A stretch of 32,000 nucleotides of DNA from Candidatus Atelocyanobacterium thalassa isolate ALOHA (GCF_000025125.1 NC_013771.1:115254-147253); one strand, 5' to 3'. Shown: positions 20,427 through 31,494, numbered from the stretch's first letter. The notes: generated by a model not told the origin, from the letters alone. A program made the numbers and translations.

Positions 20427-21536
20427 GTGAATAAAATATTCTCCTTTTCAATACTTATAAAAAAAATATTAGCAAATAATCTATTGATTTTGCTTATTTT
20501 GATAAATGTTCTTTTGGTTGGAAGTTTTGTCATATTAGATAATAAGAATATAAATTTTCATCATATCTTGACATTTCCATTAGGGCTTTCTCTGCTTATA
20601 AGTAGTCTTTTAGGTTATATTGCAGTTCCACTACTAAAAAGGTTAAAAATAGAGCAAGTCATACAAGAAGATGGTGTTAAAAAACATCTAAGTAAGGCAG
20701 GTACTCCAACAATGGGCGGAATATTTTTTATTCCAATCGCTATTTTAGTAACTTTAGTATGGTCTAACTTCTCTCTTATAACAATTACCATATCTCTTCT
20801 AACTCTAGCCTATATGTCTATTGGGTGGATTGATGATTGGTATATTTTAAGACGACAATCAAATTTAGGACTTTCTCCTCGTACAAAATTATTTTTGCAA
20901 ATAACAGTAGCTATTGTTTTTTGTATATGGATAAAATCAACTCAAATAATAACAATGAACGAAATTATATTGCCTGGTAATATAATTTTAGAAGCAGGAA
21001 TATTATTTTGGTTCTTATCCGTTTTTGTATTAGTTTCAGAAAGCAATGCAATTAACCTTACAGACGGAATTGATGGCTTAGCCGGAGGAACAGGAGCATT
21101 AACTTTTTTAGGACTAGGAATTATTATTTTAGACACTTCATCTGATCTCAGTATCTTTTGTGCTTGTATCGCTGGAAGTTGTTTAGGTTTTTTACTTCAC
21201 AATAGCAATCCTGCTAAGGTATTTATGGGAGATACCGGCTCTCTAGCTTTGGGAGGAGCCCTTGCTGGAGTAGGAATTTTAAGTGGTCATTTTTGGGAGC
21301 TTTTTATCCTCAGTGGAATTTTTTTTATAGAATCTTTGTCTGTAATTATTCAAGTTACTTATTATAAGATGACCAAAGATAGTCAAGGGAAAGGAAAAAG
21401 ACTTCTAATGATGGCACCTTTGCATCACCATCTAGAATTAGTAGGTTGGCCCGAAGGTAAGATCGTCAGAATATCATATCTAATTAATACAAGCTTAATT
21501 TTTTTAGTTGCAGTTTTATATAAATATTTTTTATAA
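20427..21536 (+). CDS. mraY: Phospho-N-acetylmuramoyl-pentapeptide transferase MraY
   Basis: 369 aa. GTPTMGG, NLTDGIDGLA, MGDTGSLALGG and APLHHH motifs are present. The start is GTG at 20427. Confidence 0.93.
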   Translation: MNKIFSFSILIKKILANNLLILLILINVLLVGSFVILDNKNINFHHILTFPLGLSLLISSLLGYIAVPLLKRLKIEQVIQEDGVKKHLSKAGTPTMGGIFFIPIAILVTLVWSNFSLITITISLLTLAYMSIGWIDDWYILRRQSNLGLSPRTKLFLQITVAIVFCIWIKSTQIITMNEIILPGNIILEAGILFWFLSVFVLVSESNAINLTDGIDGLAGGTGALTFLGLGIIILDTSSDLSIFCACIAGSCLGFLLHNSNPAKVFMGDTGSLALGGALAGVGILSGHFWELFILSGIFFIESLSVIIQVTYYKMTKDSQGKGKRLLMMAPLHHHLELVGWPEGKIVRISYLINTSLIFLVAVLYKYFL

Positions 21537-21568
21537 GTCATTAATATATGATGGCACATCAGCATATA

Positions 21569-22363
21569 CTATAAATATTGTGAACATATTGCTTCAACTT
21601 GATTTGAGAAATAATTCTGACTACCATAATCAGATCGTAACCATAGCAAATACTCAGTATTACCTGCAGGACCCTTAATAGGAGAATGAGTTAATCCGCA
21701 ATATAACCATCCTAAACCATAAGAAACTTCTATTATTTTACAAATTGCTTCGCAGTGATCTTTTAAATCACGAACAACTCCGTTTTTTCCTATCTTAGAT
21801 TTACCAACTTCAAATTGTGGTTTAACAAGCAATATAACCTCTTTTGGACTAGTCAAAAGTCTTGACAAAGGTTCTAAAATTTTAGTTAACGAAATAAAAG
21901 AAACATCTACAACTCCTAAGTTAGCTTGGATATTTTTTTCGTATAAAATATCAGGAGTAAGATAACGAATATTTGTTCTTTCCTTTAAGAATATTCTTTT
22001 ATTTTGTCTTAATGACCAAGCAACTTGTCCGTATCCTACATCTATTCCATATACTAAACGAGCCCCTGACTGTAACAAACAATCACTAAAGCCTCCTGTT
22101 GAAATACCCCCATCAAGACATATCCTATCCACTACAGAAACCTGAAAAGTTTTAAGAGCTTTTTCAAGTTTTTTCCCTCCGCGCGAAACATATGGAGGTT
22201 TAATCTTTACCTCAATTTCAGCTTTTATATTAATTTCTGTCCCAGGTTTGTCAATAATTCTTTGATTAATTTTAACTTCTCCAGCACGAATGCATCTTTG
22301 TGCTTGCTGACGAGAAGTGTATAAGTTTTTCTCTACTAGAAGAATATCAAGTCGTTTTTTCAA
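21569..22363 (-). CDS. tlyA: TlyA-family rRNA (cytidine-2'-O)-methyltransferase
   Basis: 264 aa with an S4-like N-terminus (RLDILLVEKNLYTSRQQAQRCIRAGEV), VSRGGKKLEKAL and the SAM-binding LDGGISTGGFSDCLLQSGA. The start is TTG at 22363. Confidence 0.88.
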   Translation of the reverse strand: MKKRLDILLVEKNLYTSRQQAQRCIRAGEVKINQRIIDKPGTEINIKAEIEVKIKPPYVSRGGKKLEKALKTFQVSVVDRICLDGGISTGGFSDCLLQSGARLVYGIDVGYGQVAWSLRQNKRIFLKERTNIRYLTPDILYEKNIQANLGVVDVSFISLTKILEPLSRLLTSPKEVILLVKPQFEVGKSKIGKNGVVRDLKDHCEAICKIIEVSYGLGWLYCGLTHSPIKGPAGNTEYLLWLRSDYGSQNYFSNQVEAICSQYL

Positions 22364-22568
22364 GATATATGATTATAAGCTTAGCTATCTAATTGTAAAA
22401 AGAAAATATTATTTAGACAAATATTAGTTTCAAAGTTTTTCTAATTCTTTTGATATGATTCATGTAAAAATCAATAAATTAATGATTAAGACAGTTGTTA
22501 TATAATATAAGTAAGAACAAAATAATTAAAAATATAATTTACATTTAATTAACCTAATTAATTTAAAT

Positions 22569-23744
22569 ATGAAATTTGTTTGCAGCCAAAATGATTTTAG
22601 CAATAACTTATCTCTGGTTAGTCGAGCAGTTCCTACTCGACCTACTCATCCTATTCTAGCAAATGTCCTGATGGTTGCAGATATCGTAAAACAAAAAATT
22701 AGCCTAACTGCATTTGATCTAAGTCTTGGTATCGAAACTAGCTTTGATGCTAATATCAGTGAAGGAGGCCAAACAACTCTACCAGCAAAATTACTTAATG
22801 ATATTGTATCTCGATTACCAGAAGGGGAAATAAGCCTTATAAGTGAGGAGACAAAAGATAACCAGACAAATTTACTATATCTTAAATCAGCATCAGGTAA
22901 GTTTCAAATAAGAACAATAAGTGCGGACGAATTTCCTCCTTTACCAATGATTGAAAATGATGATTTTATTGAATTACCTACTATTACGATAACCGAAGGA
23001 TTAAGAGGTGTATTGTTTGCATCAAGTAATGATGAACTTAAACAAGTACTAACTGGAGTTCATTTAAAGGGAACTGCTGATAGTTTAGAATTTGCTGCAA
23101 CAGATGGGCATAGATTATCAGTAGTAGAGGCTATGTTCTCTTCAGAAATCGATAATAAGAAAGAACAAACTCTTAAAACTAAAAATTCAAATGAATTTTC
23201 AGTTACAATTCCTGCAAAAGCTTTGAGAGAATTAGAGAAAATTATTCATAATAATAATGATTTTGAAGTTATTCAATTGCAAATAGATGATCTGCAAGTC
23301 ATATTTTATTTAGGAAAACAGAAGTTAACTATTCGTAAATTGGATGGAAATTATCCAAAATATAGTATGCTGATACCACAAAAGTTTGAGCATGTTATAA
23401 GTTTAGATAGAAAAAATTTCTTAAATAGTCTTGAGAGAGTGGCTGTTTTAGCAAGTCAAAAAAATAATTTAGTAAAATGTGTCTTTAATAATAAAAAACA
23501 AATTATTCTTTTATCTGTAGAGACTCAAGATCTGGGTAGTGCTGAAGAATCAATTGAAGCAAAAATAACAGGAGAAAGTGGTGATATAGCTTTCAATATC
23601 AAGTACTTAATGGATGGTTTAAAAGCTCTATCAACTAAAGAAATAAAAATGCAACTTAACGAAGGAAATAAACCAGTAATTTTTAATCCTTTAGGTGGTT
23701 TGAAAATGACATACTTAGTGATGCCAGTTCAAATGGTTAAATAA
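22569..23744 (+). CDS. dnaN: DNA polymerase III beta sliding clamp
   Basis: 391 aa. MKFVCSQNDFSNNLSLVSRAV, ATDGHRL and a YLVMPV C-terminus match the typical DnaN layout. Confidence 0.93.
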   Translation: MKFVCSQNDFSNNLSLVSRAVPTRPTHPILANVLMVADIVKQKISLTAFDLSLGIETSFDANISEGGQTTLPAKLLNDIVSRLPEGEISLISEETKDNQTNLLYLKSASGKFQIRTISADEFPPLPMIENDDFIELPTITITEGLRGVLFASSNDELKQVLTGVHLKGTADSLEFAATDGHRLSVVEAMFSSEIDNKKEQTLKTKNSNEFSVTIPAKALRELEKIIHNNNDFEVIQLQIDDLQVIFYLGKQKLTIRKLDGNYPKYSMLIPQKFEHVISLDRKNFLNSLERVAVLASQKNNLVKCVFNNKKQIILLSVETQDLGSAEESIEAKITGESGDIAFNIKYLMDGLKALSTKEIKMQLNEGNKPVIFNPLGGLKMTYLVMPVQMVK

Positions 23745-23853
23745 ATATTCAAAATAATATTAATTACTACACAGTTTATAAGTTTTTCATATTCTAATAT
23801 TGACTTAGGATATTTTTCTATAATTTATTCACTACTAAAGAATATTTTTAAAT

Positions 23854-25614
23854 TTAATCTGTAAATTTAGAAATATTATTTTGAAACCAACTAGCATCTT
23901 CTTCTCGTTTGATAGTTAGTTCTAAAACACGTACTCCAAAAGTAGGTAAAGGATTTAGTAATTCTTGTAGATGTCGCCAATCTTGAATATTAATATGTTG
24001 AATATCATAAGTGTTACAAAGTTTTGCAAAATCAATATTTTGGGGAGTTGCAAAATAATCTTCAAACAAGAGTTTATCCTTAGAAATGGGTAACATTTCA
24101 AAAATACCTCCTCCATTGTTATTTATTAAAATAATAGTCAAATGTCCTTTAAATTTTTTACTAACAAGGAACCCGTTTGTATCGTGTAAAAGAGCTAAGT
24201 CTCCAGTAACTAGAATGTTGTTGCTGCTATTTTGAGCCATCCCTAAGGCACTGGACAAAGTGCCTTCTATTCCATTAGCACCTCGGTTAAAATATGGTAT
24301 TAATTCTTTGTTGTTAGGAAACCAAAAAGATTCTGCATAACGCACCGACATACTATTAGCAATAAAGATATTAGTCTGGAGAGGTAATATCGTAGAAAGG
24401 ATAAAAGGTAATTTTGCTTGCAACATTAAATCTATTCCAGTAAAAGTTGACTGAATATTTTTGTTAACATTATCATTTATTATTTTCCATCTTTTCAAAT
24501 ATTCTGAGTTTGATTTTGTAGACATAGTATTTTTTATATTTCTTAGATCTAAATTTTCAACAGAAGAATAAATTGAAAAACTATGATTGTGAAGTGGATC
24601 AAAGTTATCTGAAGAGCTATCAATTAACCAATATCGAGCTTGAGTTTGTTCTAACCATTTTCGTAGTCTTTTGCTGGTAGGAAACTGTCCAAACTGAATT
24701 ACTATATCTGGTTTTAGAGATTCCTTTAGTTTTGGATTACATAAAATGACATCGTAAGTATTAATTAAATTAGGATTTTTATTTGCAAAATTTCTTAACG
24801 GAGACAAAGCTTCTGCCAGAATTGGATAATTTAAAAATCTAGAAATAAAAGCAATATTTTTACAGTAAAGAGATGGATTTGTAGAATTATTTACTCCTGC
24901 AATAATAATTCCTTTTTTAATAGATCTCCATTTATTTAAATAATTAAATATGTCAAATTTACAGTAATTGCTTGAAGATACTCTACTATCTTCATTAATA
25001 TCTAAAAAAAAGTCCTTAAAATATTTCTTAAAGGAGAGTAACTCAATTTCTGGTTGAGTGAATGGTGCTAAAGGTTCACGGAAAGGACAGTTTATATGAA
25101 CAACACCTTTATTAGGAAGAAAAGATTTGTTCCAGGAAGAAATTATGGTTTGTCTTAAATAACTTAATAGTTTTATTTCTATGAGAGGTAAAGATAACTC
25201 AGTATACCAATTACAATAACTACCATATAGTTTAACTTGATCAATTGCTTGTCCAGCATGGCAATCCCTCAATTCTGGAGGACGATCAGCTGTTAAGATT
25301 ATTAGCGCAGTTTTACTTTCCCTGGCTTCAATAACAGCTGGATAAAAATTTGCTCCCGCTGTTCCCGAAGTACAAATTAAAACAACAGGTAGACGAGAAC
25401 GCTTTGCTATACCTAATGCGAAAAAAGATGCTGATCTCTCATCCAAAATTGGTATGGTTTCTATTTTAGGGTGATTGGCGAATGCTACAGTAAGAGGAGT
25501 TGAACGAGATCCAGGACAAATAATAGCCGTTTTTAAGCCTAAATTAGATAAGGTTTCTGCAATTATAGAAGACCATAAAGTATTAATATTGCGAAAATCA
25601 AGATTTTTTATCAA
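23854..25614 (-). CDS. menD: 2-succinyl-5-enolpyruvyl-6-hydroxy-3-cyclohexene-1-carboxylate synthase (MenD, phylloquinone pathway)
   Basis: 586 aa. The N-terminus is NINTLWSSIIAETLSNLGL...CPGSRSTPL. The ThDP-binding block is GDLALLHDTNG...NNNGGGIF. The start is TTG at 25614 and no nearby in-frame ATG exists. Confidence 0.9.
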   Translation of the reverse strand: MIKNLDFRNINTLWSSIIAETLSNLGLKTAIICPGSRSTPLTVAFANHPKIETIPILDERSASFFALGIAKRSRLPVVLICTSGTAGANFYPAVIEARESKTALIILTADRPPELRDCHAGQAIDQVKLYGSYCNWYTELSLPLIEIKLLSYLRQTIISSWNKSFLPNKGVVHINCPFREPLAPFTQPEIELLSFKKYFKDFFLDINEDSRVSSSNYCKFDIFNYLNKWRSIKKGIIIAGVNNSTNPSLYCKNIAFISRFLNYPILAEALSPLRNFANKNPNLINTYDVILCNPKLKESLKPDIVIQFGQFPTSKRLRKWLEQTQARYWLIDSSSDNFDPLHNHSFSIYSSVENLDLRNIKNTMSTKSNSEYLKRWKIINDNVNKNIQSTFTGIDLMLQAKLPFILSTILPLQTNIFIANSMSVRYAESFWFPNNKELIPYFNRGANGIEGTLSSALGMAQNSSNNILVTGDLALLHDTNGFLVSKKFKGHLTIILINNNGGGIFEMLPISKDKLLFEDYFATPQNIDFAKLCNTYDIQHINIQDWRHLQELLNPLPTFGVRVLELTIKREEDASWFQNNISKFTD

Positions 25615-25904
25615 TTTCTTACACCTAAAATCTATTACAATTTTTTTTTCTCCTAAAAGAGTTCGTCACGAAATCTTTAGTTTTTGATTTCAAGCTTTTT
25701 AATTTTAAGTACCAAATTTATTTATGGAGTATTTACTATTAATAAAAAATTAAGTATATATTTAATCTATTTGCCATACAAAATAAATATTCCCTTACTT
25801 TAATTATTAAAAATAAGATTCAGATTATTATAAAAATGACACTTTTAAAGTTTCTATTTTCTGGTTAGATAAAGTATTTTGAGTAATTTATTTCCATCTA
25901 TTAA

Positions 25905-25943
25905 TTAAAATAAAAAGGCGTTTAGAATAATTCTAAATGCCTT
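25905..25943 (-). terminator. Intrinsic terminator of the ATP synthase operon
   Basis: On the - strand, 32 nt after the gamma stop: AAGGCATTTAGAA-TTA-TTCTAAACGCCTT (a 13-bp stem with one A.C mismatch, 25915-25943), followed by TTTTTATTTT. Confidence 0.7.
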
Positions 25944-25975
25944 ATACTTTCAATATTATAGATTCTAAATATAGT

Positions 25976-26920
25976 CTATAATGCATTTGCTCCAGCAACT
26001 ACTTCCATTAATTGCTGAGTGATTGATGCTTGACGAGCCTTATTGTATGACATTGTTAGAGACCCAGCTAGTTGAGTAGCATTCTCACTAGCATTACTCA
26101 TCGCAGTCATCCTGGCTGCCAATTCACTAGCAGCTGATTCCTGTAGTGCTCTGAGCAACTGGTTATTAATATATAAAGGCAATAAAGCATCTAAAATTTG
26201 AACTGGATCTTGTTCAAAAATCATGTCTTGAGACAAGTTATGAACAGGTTTCTCTATTGTTTGTCGTTCAACTTGAAATTCACCTTCACGAGTTATTAAA
26301 CGAAAAATCTCATCGTCTTCAGGTTCTAAGCCTTGTAAATTTAAAGGAGCTAAGGTTTGTACAACTGGACTAGAGTTAATCAAAGAAACAAAACGAGTAT
26401 AAACTAGTTCAACTCGGTCTACAGTTTCTGATAGAAATAATGATATTAACTCATCAGCAATAGGCATTGCGTCATCACTTGTGGGAATTTGCTCCAAACC
26501 TATGTATTTAGCCTTTACAGATATTTTACGTTTTGAGAAATATTGAGTAGATTTACGTCCGATGGTTATCAAGCAGGGATTGATTCCTTTATCTTGCAAT
26601 TCCTTAATGCGTTTCTCTGCTCGACGGATAACGTAGCTATTATAGCCTCCACATAATCCTCGATCTCCTGAAATTACTACAATCGCTACAGTTTTTACTG
26701 CTCTCTGTTTTAATAGAGATAAATCAACATCCCCATATTTCAGACGATTTAGTAAATTGTAAAGAACATTAGCTAAAATATTAGCGAAAGGCCTAGTAGA
26801 AACAACTCTCTCTTGAGCACGGCGAACTTTGGCTGCTGCCACCAAACGCATGGCTTCAGTAATTTTTTTGGTATTTTTGACCGAGTCAATACGATCTCGG
26901 ATAGCTTTAAGATTAGCCAT
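25976..26920 (-). CDS. atpG: F1 ATP synthase gamma subunit (atpC in cyanobacterial nomenclature)
   Basis: 314 aa. [37 protein letters not shown]-terminus and a conserved C-terminal helix ([15 protein letters not shown]). It contains the cyanobacterial/plastid-type insertion without the redox Cys pair. Confidence 0.95.
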   Translation of the reverse strand: MANLKAIRDRIDSVKNTKKITEAMRLVAAAKVRRAQERVVSTRPFANILANVLYNLLNRLKYGDVDLSLLKQRAVKTVAIVVISGDRGLCGGYNSYVIRRAEKRIKELQDKGINPCLITIGRKSTQYFSKRKISVKAKYIGLEQIPTSDDAMPIADELISLFLSETVDRVELVYTRFVSLINSSPVVQTLAPLNLQGLEPEDDEIFRLITREGEFQVERQTIEKPVHNLSQDMIFEQDPVQILDALLPLYINNQLLRALQESAASELAARMTAMSNASENATQLAGSLTMSYNKARQASITQQLMEVVAGANAL

Positions 26921-26984
26921 AATATTTAGTAATTATTTATCGGACTCTCATCATTTTGGATCTTCAGCTAATGTTTTAGCTTTT

Positions 26985-27017
26985 AAGTAAAGGTAAACAT
27001 TGAGTTTACCCTTACTT
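26985..27017 (-). other. 14-bp stem-loop in the atpA-gamma spacer (mRNA structure, not a canonical terminator)
   Basis: The - strand RNA reads AAGUAAGGGUAAAC-UCAAU-GUUUACCUUUACUU, with 13 Watson-Crick pairs and 1 G.U. It begins 2 nt after the atpA stop and is followed by AAAAGC, with no U-tract. Confidence 0.5.
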
Positions 27018-27019
27018 AA

Positions 27020-28531
27020 TTAAGCAGCAAACGCTTGTTTGTATTCTGCAATTGCTTCTTTTAGCAATTTTTCTGCTTCATCGGTAAGTTTTTTCTCACC
27101 TTTGACAATTTCAACGTATTTAGGCTTGCTACTAGCTATGTATTCTCTTAACCCAATAGAAAATTCCAGAGCTTTCTCTACTGGTATCTCATCAATATGA
27201 CCATTCAAACCAGCATAGGCGATAGATACTTGTTCCCAAACAGCAAGAGGAGAGTTTTCAGATTGCTTTAAAATTTGGCGTAATCTTTGACCCCGTGCAA
27301 GCTGAGATTGAGTTGCTGCATCAAGATCAGACGCAAACTGAGAAAAAGCTTCTAGTTCTGCAAACTGAGCTAACTCTAACTTTAATTTACCTGCAACCTG
27401 CTTCATCGCTTTTGTCTGAGCAGCGGATCCAACTCTACTAACAGAGATACCTGCGTTAATAGCAGGACGGAAGCCTGAGTTGAATAAATCGCTGGAAAGA
27501 AATATTTGTCCATCTGTAATAGAAATTACATTGGTTGGAATATATGCTGACACATCTCCAGCCTGAGTTTCAATTACAGGTAGAGCGGTCATACTACCTT
27601 CACCAAGTTCTGGACTAAGTTTAGCTGCTCTTTCTAACAGGCGAGAATGAATGTAGAAAACATCGCCAGGATAAGCTTCTCTTCCTGGTGGACGACGTAA
27701 TAATAAAGATAATTGACGATAAGCCTGTGCTTGTTTTGTCAAATCATCATAAATAACTAAGGTATGTTTTCCTTTATACATGAAAAATTCTGCTAAACTT
27801 GCTCCTGTGTAAGGTGCGAGATATTGTAGAGTAGCAGGATCATTCGCATTGGCTGCAACTACTATAGTGTAGTCCATTGCACCTTTTTCTTCCAAAACTC
27901 CAATGACTTGTGCTACGGTAGAAGCTTTTTGTCCAATCGCAACATAAACACAAATTACATCTTCAGATTTTTGGTTGATTATGGTGTCAATCGCAATAGC
28001 AGTTTTTCCTGTTTTACGATCACCAATGATTAATTCCCGTTGTCCTCTACCAATAGGAATCATTGCATCAATAGCTGTAATTCCAGTTTGTAAAGGCTCA
28101 CATACTGATTTTCTAGCAATAATGCCAGGAGCAGTAGACTCAATTAATCTATATTCTGATGCCTTAATATCTCCTTTACCGTCAATTGGACGACCTAAAG
28201 AGTCAACCACCCGACCAACCATAGCTTCCCCTACAGGAACTTGGGCAATTTTTCCAGTAGCTTTAACAGTACTACCTTCCTGAATATCTAAGCCGGTCCC
28301 CATTAAAACGGCCCCAACGTTATCTTCTTCTAAGTTAAGAGCAATCCCAATCGTTCCGTCTTCAAATTCCAACAATTCTCCTGCCATAGCTTGCTCTAAG
28401 CCATGTATCCGAACAGTCCCATCTCCAACCTGAAGAACAGTTCCTACATTGGAGACTTGAACACTTTGATCATAAGATTCAATTTGTTGGCGAATAATAC
28501 TACTAATTTCGTCAGGTCTGATACTAACCAT
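27020..28531 (-). CDS. atpA: F1 ATP synthase alpha subunit
   Basis: From ATG 28531 the product starts [18 protein letters not shown], the canonical alpha N-terminus. The P-loop GDRKTGKT is present. The track's TTG 28549 start adds 6 residues and is unlikely. Confidence 0.96.
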   Translation of the reverse strand: MVSIRPDEISSIIRQQIESYDQSVQVSNVGTVLQVGDGTVRIHGLEQAMAGELLEFEDGTIGIALNLEEDNVGAVLMGTGLDIQEGSTVKATGKIAQVPVGEAMVGRVVDSLGRPIDGKGDIKASEYRLIESTAPGIIARKSVCEPLQTGITAIDAMIPIGRGQRELIIGDRKTGKTAIAIDTIINQKSEDVICVYVAIGQKASTVAQVIGVLEEKGAMDYTIVVAANANDPATLQYLAPYTGASLAEFFMYKGKHTLVIYDDLTKQAQAYRQLSLLLRRPPGREAYPGDVFYIHSRLLERAAKLSPELGEGSMTALPVIETQAGDVSAYIPTNVISITDGQIFLSSDLFNSGFRPAINAGISVSRVGSAAQTKAMKQVAGKLKLELAQFAELEAFSQFASDLDAATQSQLARGQRLRQILKQSENSPLAVWEQVSIAYAGLNGHIDEIPVEKALEFSIGLREYIASSKPKYVEIVKGEKKLTDEAEKLLKEAIAEYKQAFAA

Positions 28532-28574
28532 AATGGGGTTTTTTAACAATTGAATGAACTACAATGAGAGAAAA

Positions 28575-29132
28575 TTATAAGGTTCCGCTAAGACTTACGC
28601 TTATGCGCCGTAACTGACCTCGAAGACTAGCATCAAATACTTGGGAGCCAATTTTGATAATGAATCCTCCAATTAAGTCAGGATCCTTACCTATCTCCAT
28701 TTCTACTGATTCAGCCCCAGTCAAACCTTTAATTTTATCGCTAATGGCAGAACGCTGCTCCTCGCTTATTTCAGTTGTAACAGTCACTTTAGCGAGAACA
28801 GTGTTAGTTAATTTTCTTGCCAAATCTATATATCTTTGACAAGTAGCTTCAAGTAAAGCGATTCTACGCTTTTCTATTAGAAGCATCACAAAATTACGGA
28901 AATATTGATGAGTATTTTTCCCAAGTATCTTGTTTAGTACAGACTTTTTATCCTCATCTTTAATAACAGGAGAGCTAATGAAAGCTCTTAGCTCCGAGGA
29001 ATCTTTCAGAATCTGCAAGACGGTTTTACAGTCTTGTTCAACTAATCTTGTGATTTTATGGGATTCGGCAATAGACATCATAGCTTGAGCATAGGGCTCT
29101 GCAATTTCTGCATTAACTAGTGATCCTTTCAC
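28575..29132 (-). CDS. atpH: F1 ATP synthase delta (OSCP) subunit (atpD in cyanobacterial nomenclature)
   Basis: 185 aa with IAEPYAQAMMSIA near the N-terminus and DPDLIGGFIIKIGSQVFDASLRGQL at the C-terminus. The GTG start at 29132 overlaps the subunit b stop by 1 nt (TAGTG). Confidence 0.92.
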   Translation of the reverse strand: MKGSLVNAEIAEPYAQAMMSIAESHKITRLVEQDCKTVLQILKDSSELRAFISSPVIKDEDKKSVLNKILGKNTHQYFRNFVMLLIEKRRIALLEATCQRYIDLARKLTNTVLAKVTVTTEISEEQRSAISDKIKGLTGAESVEMEIGKDPDLIGGFIIKIGSQVFDASLRGQLRRISVSLSGTL

Positions 29133-29668
29133 TACGAACCTCCTAACCGATCAATATTACGGTTAATAAGTGTTTGTTGAACATTATTATCAACTTTAGA
29201 TTTCAATTGCTCCTCTGCTTTAACAATAGCTTGTTCTGCAATTTGTTTTTTTAACTGCGCAATTACTCGTTCTTGCTCAGATGAAAGATCCGCAGCAGCA
29301 GTTTCCTTAAGACGTGCAATGTCTTTTTCGTTCTGTGCCAAGATTTCAGCTTTAATAGCTACAGCCCTCTCTTGAGCAGCTTTATGAATTCTTTCTGCTT
29401 CAATTTGAGCTTGAGCTAATCTTTTTTCTTCTTGAGCTAAAGAAGTAATTGCTTGCTGTTGTTTCTTTTCAGCTTCTTGAATAGACAGAGCTATGGAATT
29501 GTGCCTTTCAGCGAGGGTATCTTTTATAATCTTACTTCCATAAAATACTAAGATACCAACAAGAATGGCTAGATTGAAAATGTTACTTTCCAAAAAATCG
29601 AAATGAAACCCAATTAAGGGGCCACTTTCAGCGTGACTTTCAGCAACTAATAATAAAGAATCGATCAT
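29132..29668 (-). CDS. atpF: F0 ATP synthase subunit b
   Basis: 178 aa with one N-terminal TM helix (NIFNLAILVGILVFYG) and a long A/E/K/Q-rich coiled coil. Its position in the operon fits subunit b. Confidence 0.9.
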   Translation of the reverse strand: MIDSLLLVAESHAESGPLIGFHFDFLESNIFNLAILVGILVFYGSKIIKDTLAERHNSIALSIQEAEKKQQQAITSLAQEEKRLAQAQIEAERIHKAAQERAVAIKAEILAQNEKDIARLKETAAADLSSEQERVIAQLKKQIAEQAIVKAEEQLKSKVDNNVQQTLINRNIDRLGGS

Positions 29669-29697
29669 ACCGGTTTATCACCCAAAGGACGGCGTCG

Positions 29698-30129
29698 TTA
29701 CTTGATTAACTTTGGACCTAAAAGTTTTTCTAAAATTTGATGACTTAATATGTCAACCTGTTTTTCTAGAACTTTTAGGGCATCTTGGCGCTGTTGCGCA
29801 ATCTCTTTAGCAACAGCTTCTTTCTTAATTTGGGCTTCTTGTTGAGCAATAACAATTGCTTCACTGGCAATTTTTTTAGCCTCTGATTGAGCAGAAATAA
29901 CAACCTCTTGAGACTTCTTTCTTGTCTCTGATAATTGTTGTTCGTACTGGGCAGCCAGTTCTCTAGCTTTCTCTAAATGCTCTTTTCCACCTATTTCTTG
30001 CTGACGGATATAGTCAGCTCGTTTATCTAGTACCTCATTAAGAGGCTTATAAAAAGTGGCGTTTAGAATAATTACTAATAGGATAAATTGCAATGCCATA
30101 ACTGGCAAAGTTGCGTCAAAATCAAACAT
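29698..30129 (-). CDS. atpF2: F0 ATP synthase subunit b' (atpG in cyanobacterial nomenclature)
   Basis: 143 aa. [24 protein letters not shown]-terminus, typical of b', followed by a coiled coil. It lies between c and b, as in cyanobacteria and plastids. Confidence 0.9.
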   Translation of the reverse strand: MFDFDATLPVMALQFILLVIILNATFYKPLNEVLDKRADYIRQQEIGGKEHLEKARELAAQYEQQLSETRKKSQEVVISAQSEAKKIASEAIVIAQQEAQIKKEAVAKEIAQQRQDALKVLEKQVDILSHQILEKLLGPKLIK

Positions 30130-30203
30130 AACTTACTCAACTAGGTCTTTTATTTTATGATTGAGAGGCAGCCATGTAGCTACCTCTATTAACCGACTAA
30201 ATC

Positions 30204-30467
<264 letters not shown>

Positions 30468-30703
30468 TTATTGATGAAACAAATTACGAGCTAATTGTCA
30501 ACTTAAATAACTTAGGAGTATAAGTTTTGAAGCAAGACTAAAATATTCAATTCTGTCTCTATAAACTCCCAATAAGTAAGAATCTGAGTTAATGATGGAA
30601 ACTTTATATCCATCTCCTCTGTCTATTGTCTTACGTTTTGGTCATTTTTGCTTAACAGATATTTTTCTTTTTAACAGTCTGCTTAGCCAAGACCTTACTC
30701 TTA

Positions 30704-31483
30704 TTAGTGTTCTTCTTCCTCTTCTGATTCGATTGCTTCATGTATATAAGCTCCGGCTAGGGTGGCAAATACTAAAGCTTGAATCGCACTAGTGAAAAGT
30801 CCTAGTGCCATTAATGGTAATGGCACTAGCAGAGGAACAAGAAATACAAGTACTCCTACTACTAGCTCATCAGCTAAGATATTACCAAATAGACGAAAAC
30901 TCAAAGAAAGAGGCTTGGTAAAGTCTTCTAAGATTTTAATAGGTAACAGAATAGGAATAGGCTGAATATAGTTAGCAAAATAACCTAAACCTTTTTTACT
31001 AAGACCTGCGTAAAAGTAAGCTAAGGAAGTTAAAAGTGCTAATGCAACAGTTGTATTAATGTCATTAGTAGGAGCAGCTAATTCACCCTCTGGAATTTCT
31101 ATAAGTTTCCATGGAATTAAAGCTCCTGACCAATTAGAAACAAAAATAAACAAAAACAGTGTCCCAATGAAGGGTAACCATTGTCTATAATGTTTTTCTC
31201 CGAGTTGGTTCTTAGCCAAATCTCGTAGAAATTCTAAAACATACTCCATAAAATTTTGCATCCCACTAGGAACTCGTTGAATATTACGAGTTGCAGATAA
31301 AGATGCAATAACCAATAGGGCGATGACAAACCAGGAAGCAAGAAATACTTGCCCATGTAACCTCAGATTGCCAATTTCCCAGTACCAGTGCTTACCAACT
31401 TCTAAGGCAGCAAGGGATAAGGTGTTTGAAATGTGTAAACCATGTAACATTGTCATTGGGTAGAATTTACCAAATCTGGTCAC
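30704..31483 (-). CDS. atpB: F0 ATP synthase subunit a (atpI in cyanobacterial nomenclature); start uncertain
   Basis: [42 protein letters not shown] and the acidic C-terminus are typical of the cyanobacterial a subunit. The maximal ORF uses GTG 31483 (259 aa). ATG 31456 would give about 250 aa. Confidence 0.93.
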   Translation of the reverse strand: MTRFGKFYPMTMLHGLHISNTLSLAALEVGKHWYWEIGNLRLHGQVFLASWFVIALLVIASLSATRNIQRVPSGMQNFMEYVLEFLRDLAKNQLGEKHYRQWLPFIGTLFLFIFVSNWSGALIPWKLIEIPEGELAAPTNDINTTVALALLTSLAYFYAGLSKKGLGYFANYIQPIPILLPIKILEDFTKPLSLSFRLFGNILADELVVGVLVFLVPLLVPLPLMALGLFTSAIQALVFATLAGAYIHEAIESEEEEEH

Positions 31484-31494
31484 TGAATGGAATC

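Noticed and set aside
20942-21136. 64-aa - strand ORF inside mraY
   Set aside because: It is antisense to the conserved NLTDGIDGLA region of mraY.
25475-25687. 70-aa + strand ORF over the menD start
   Set aside because: It mostly overlaps the conserved menD N-terminus antisense. The remainder runs into an AT-rich spacer with no RBS.
27975-28839. Shadow ORFs 27975-28283 (+) and 28654-28839 (+)
   Set aside because: They are antisense to atpA and the delta subunit gene.
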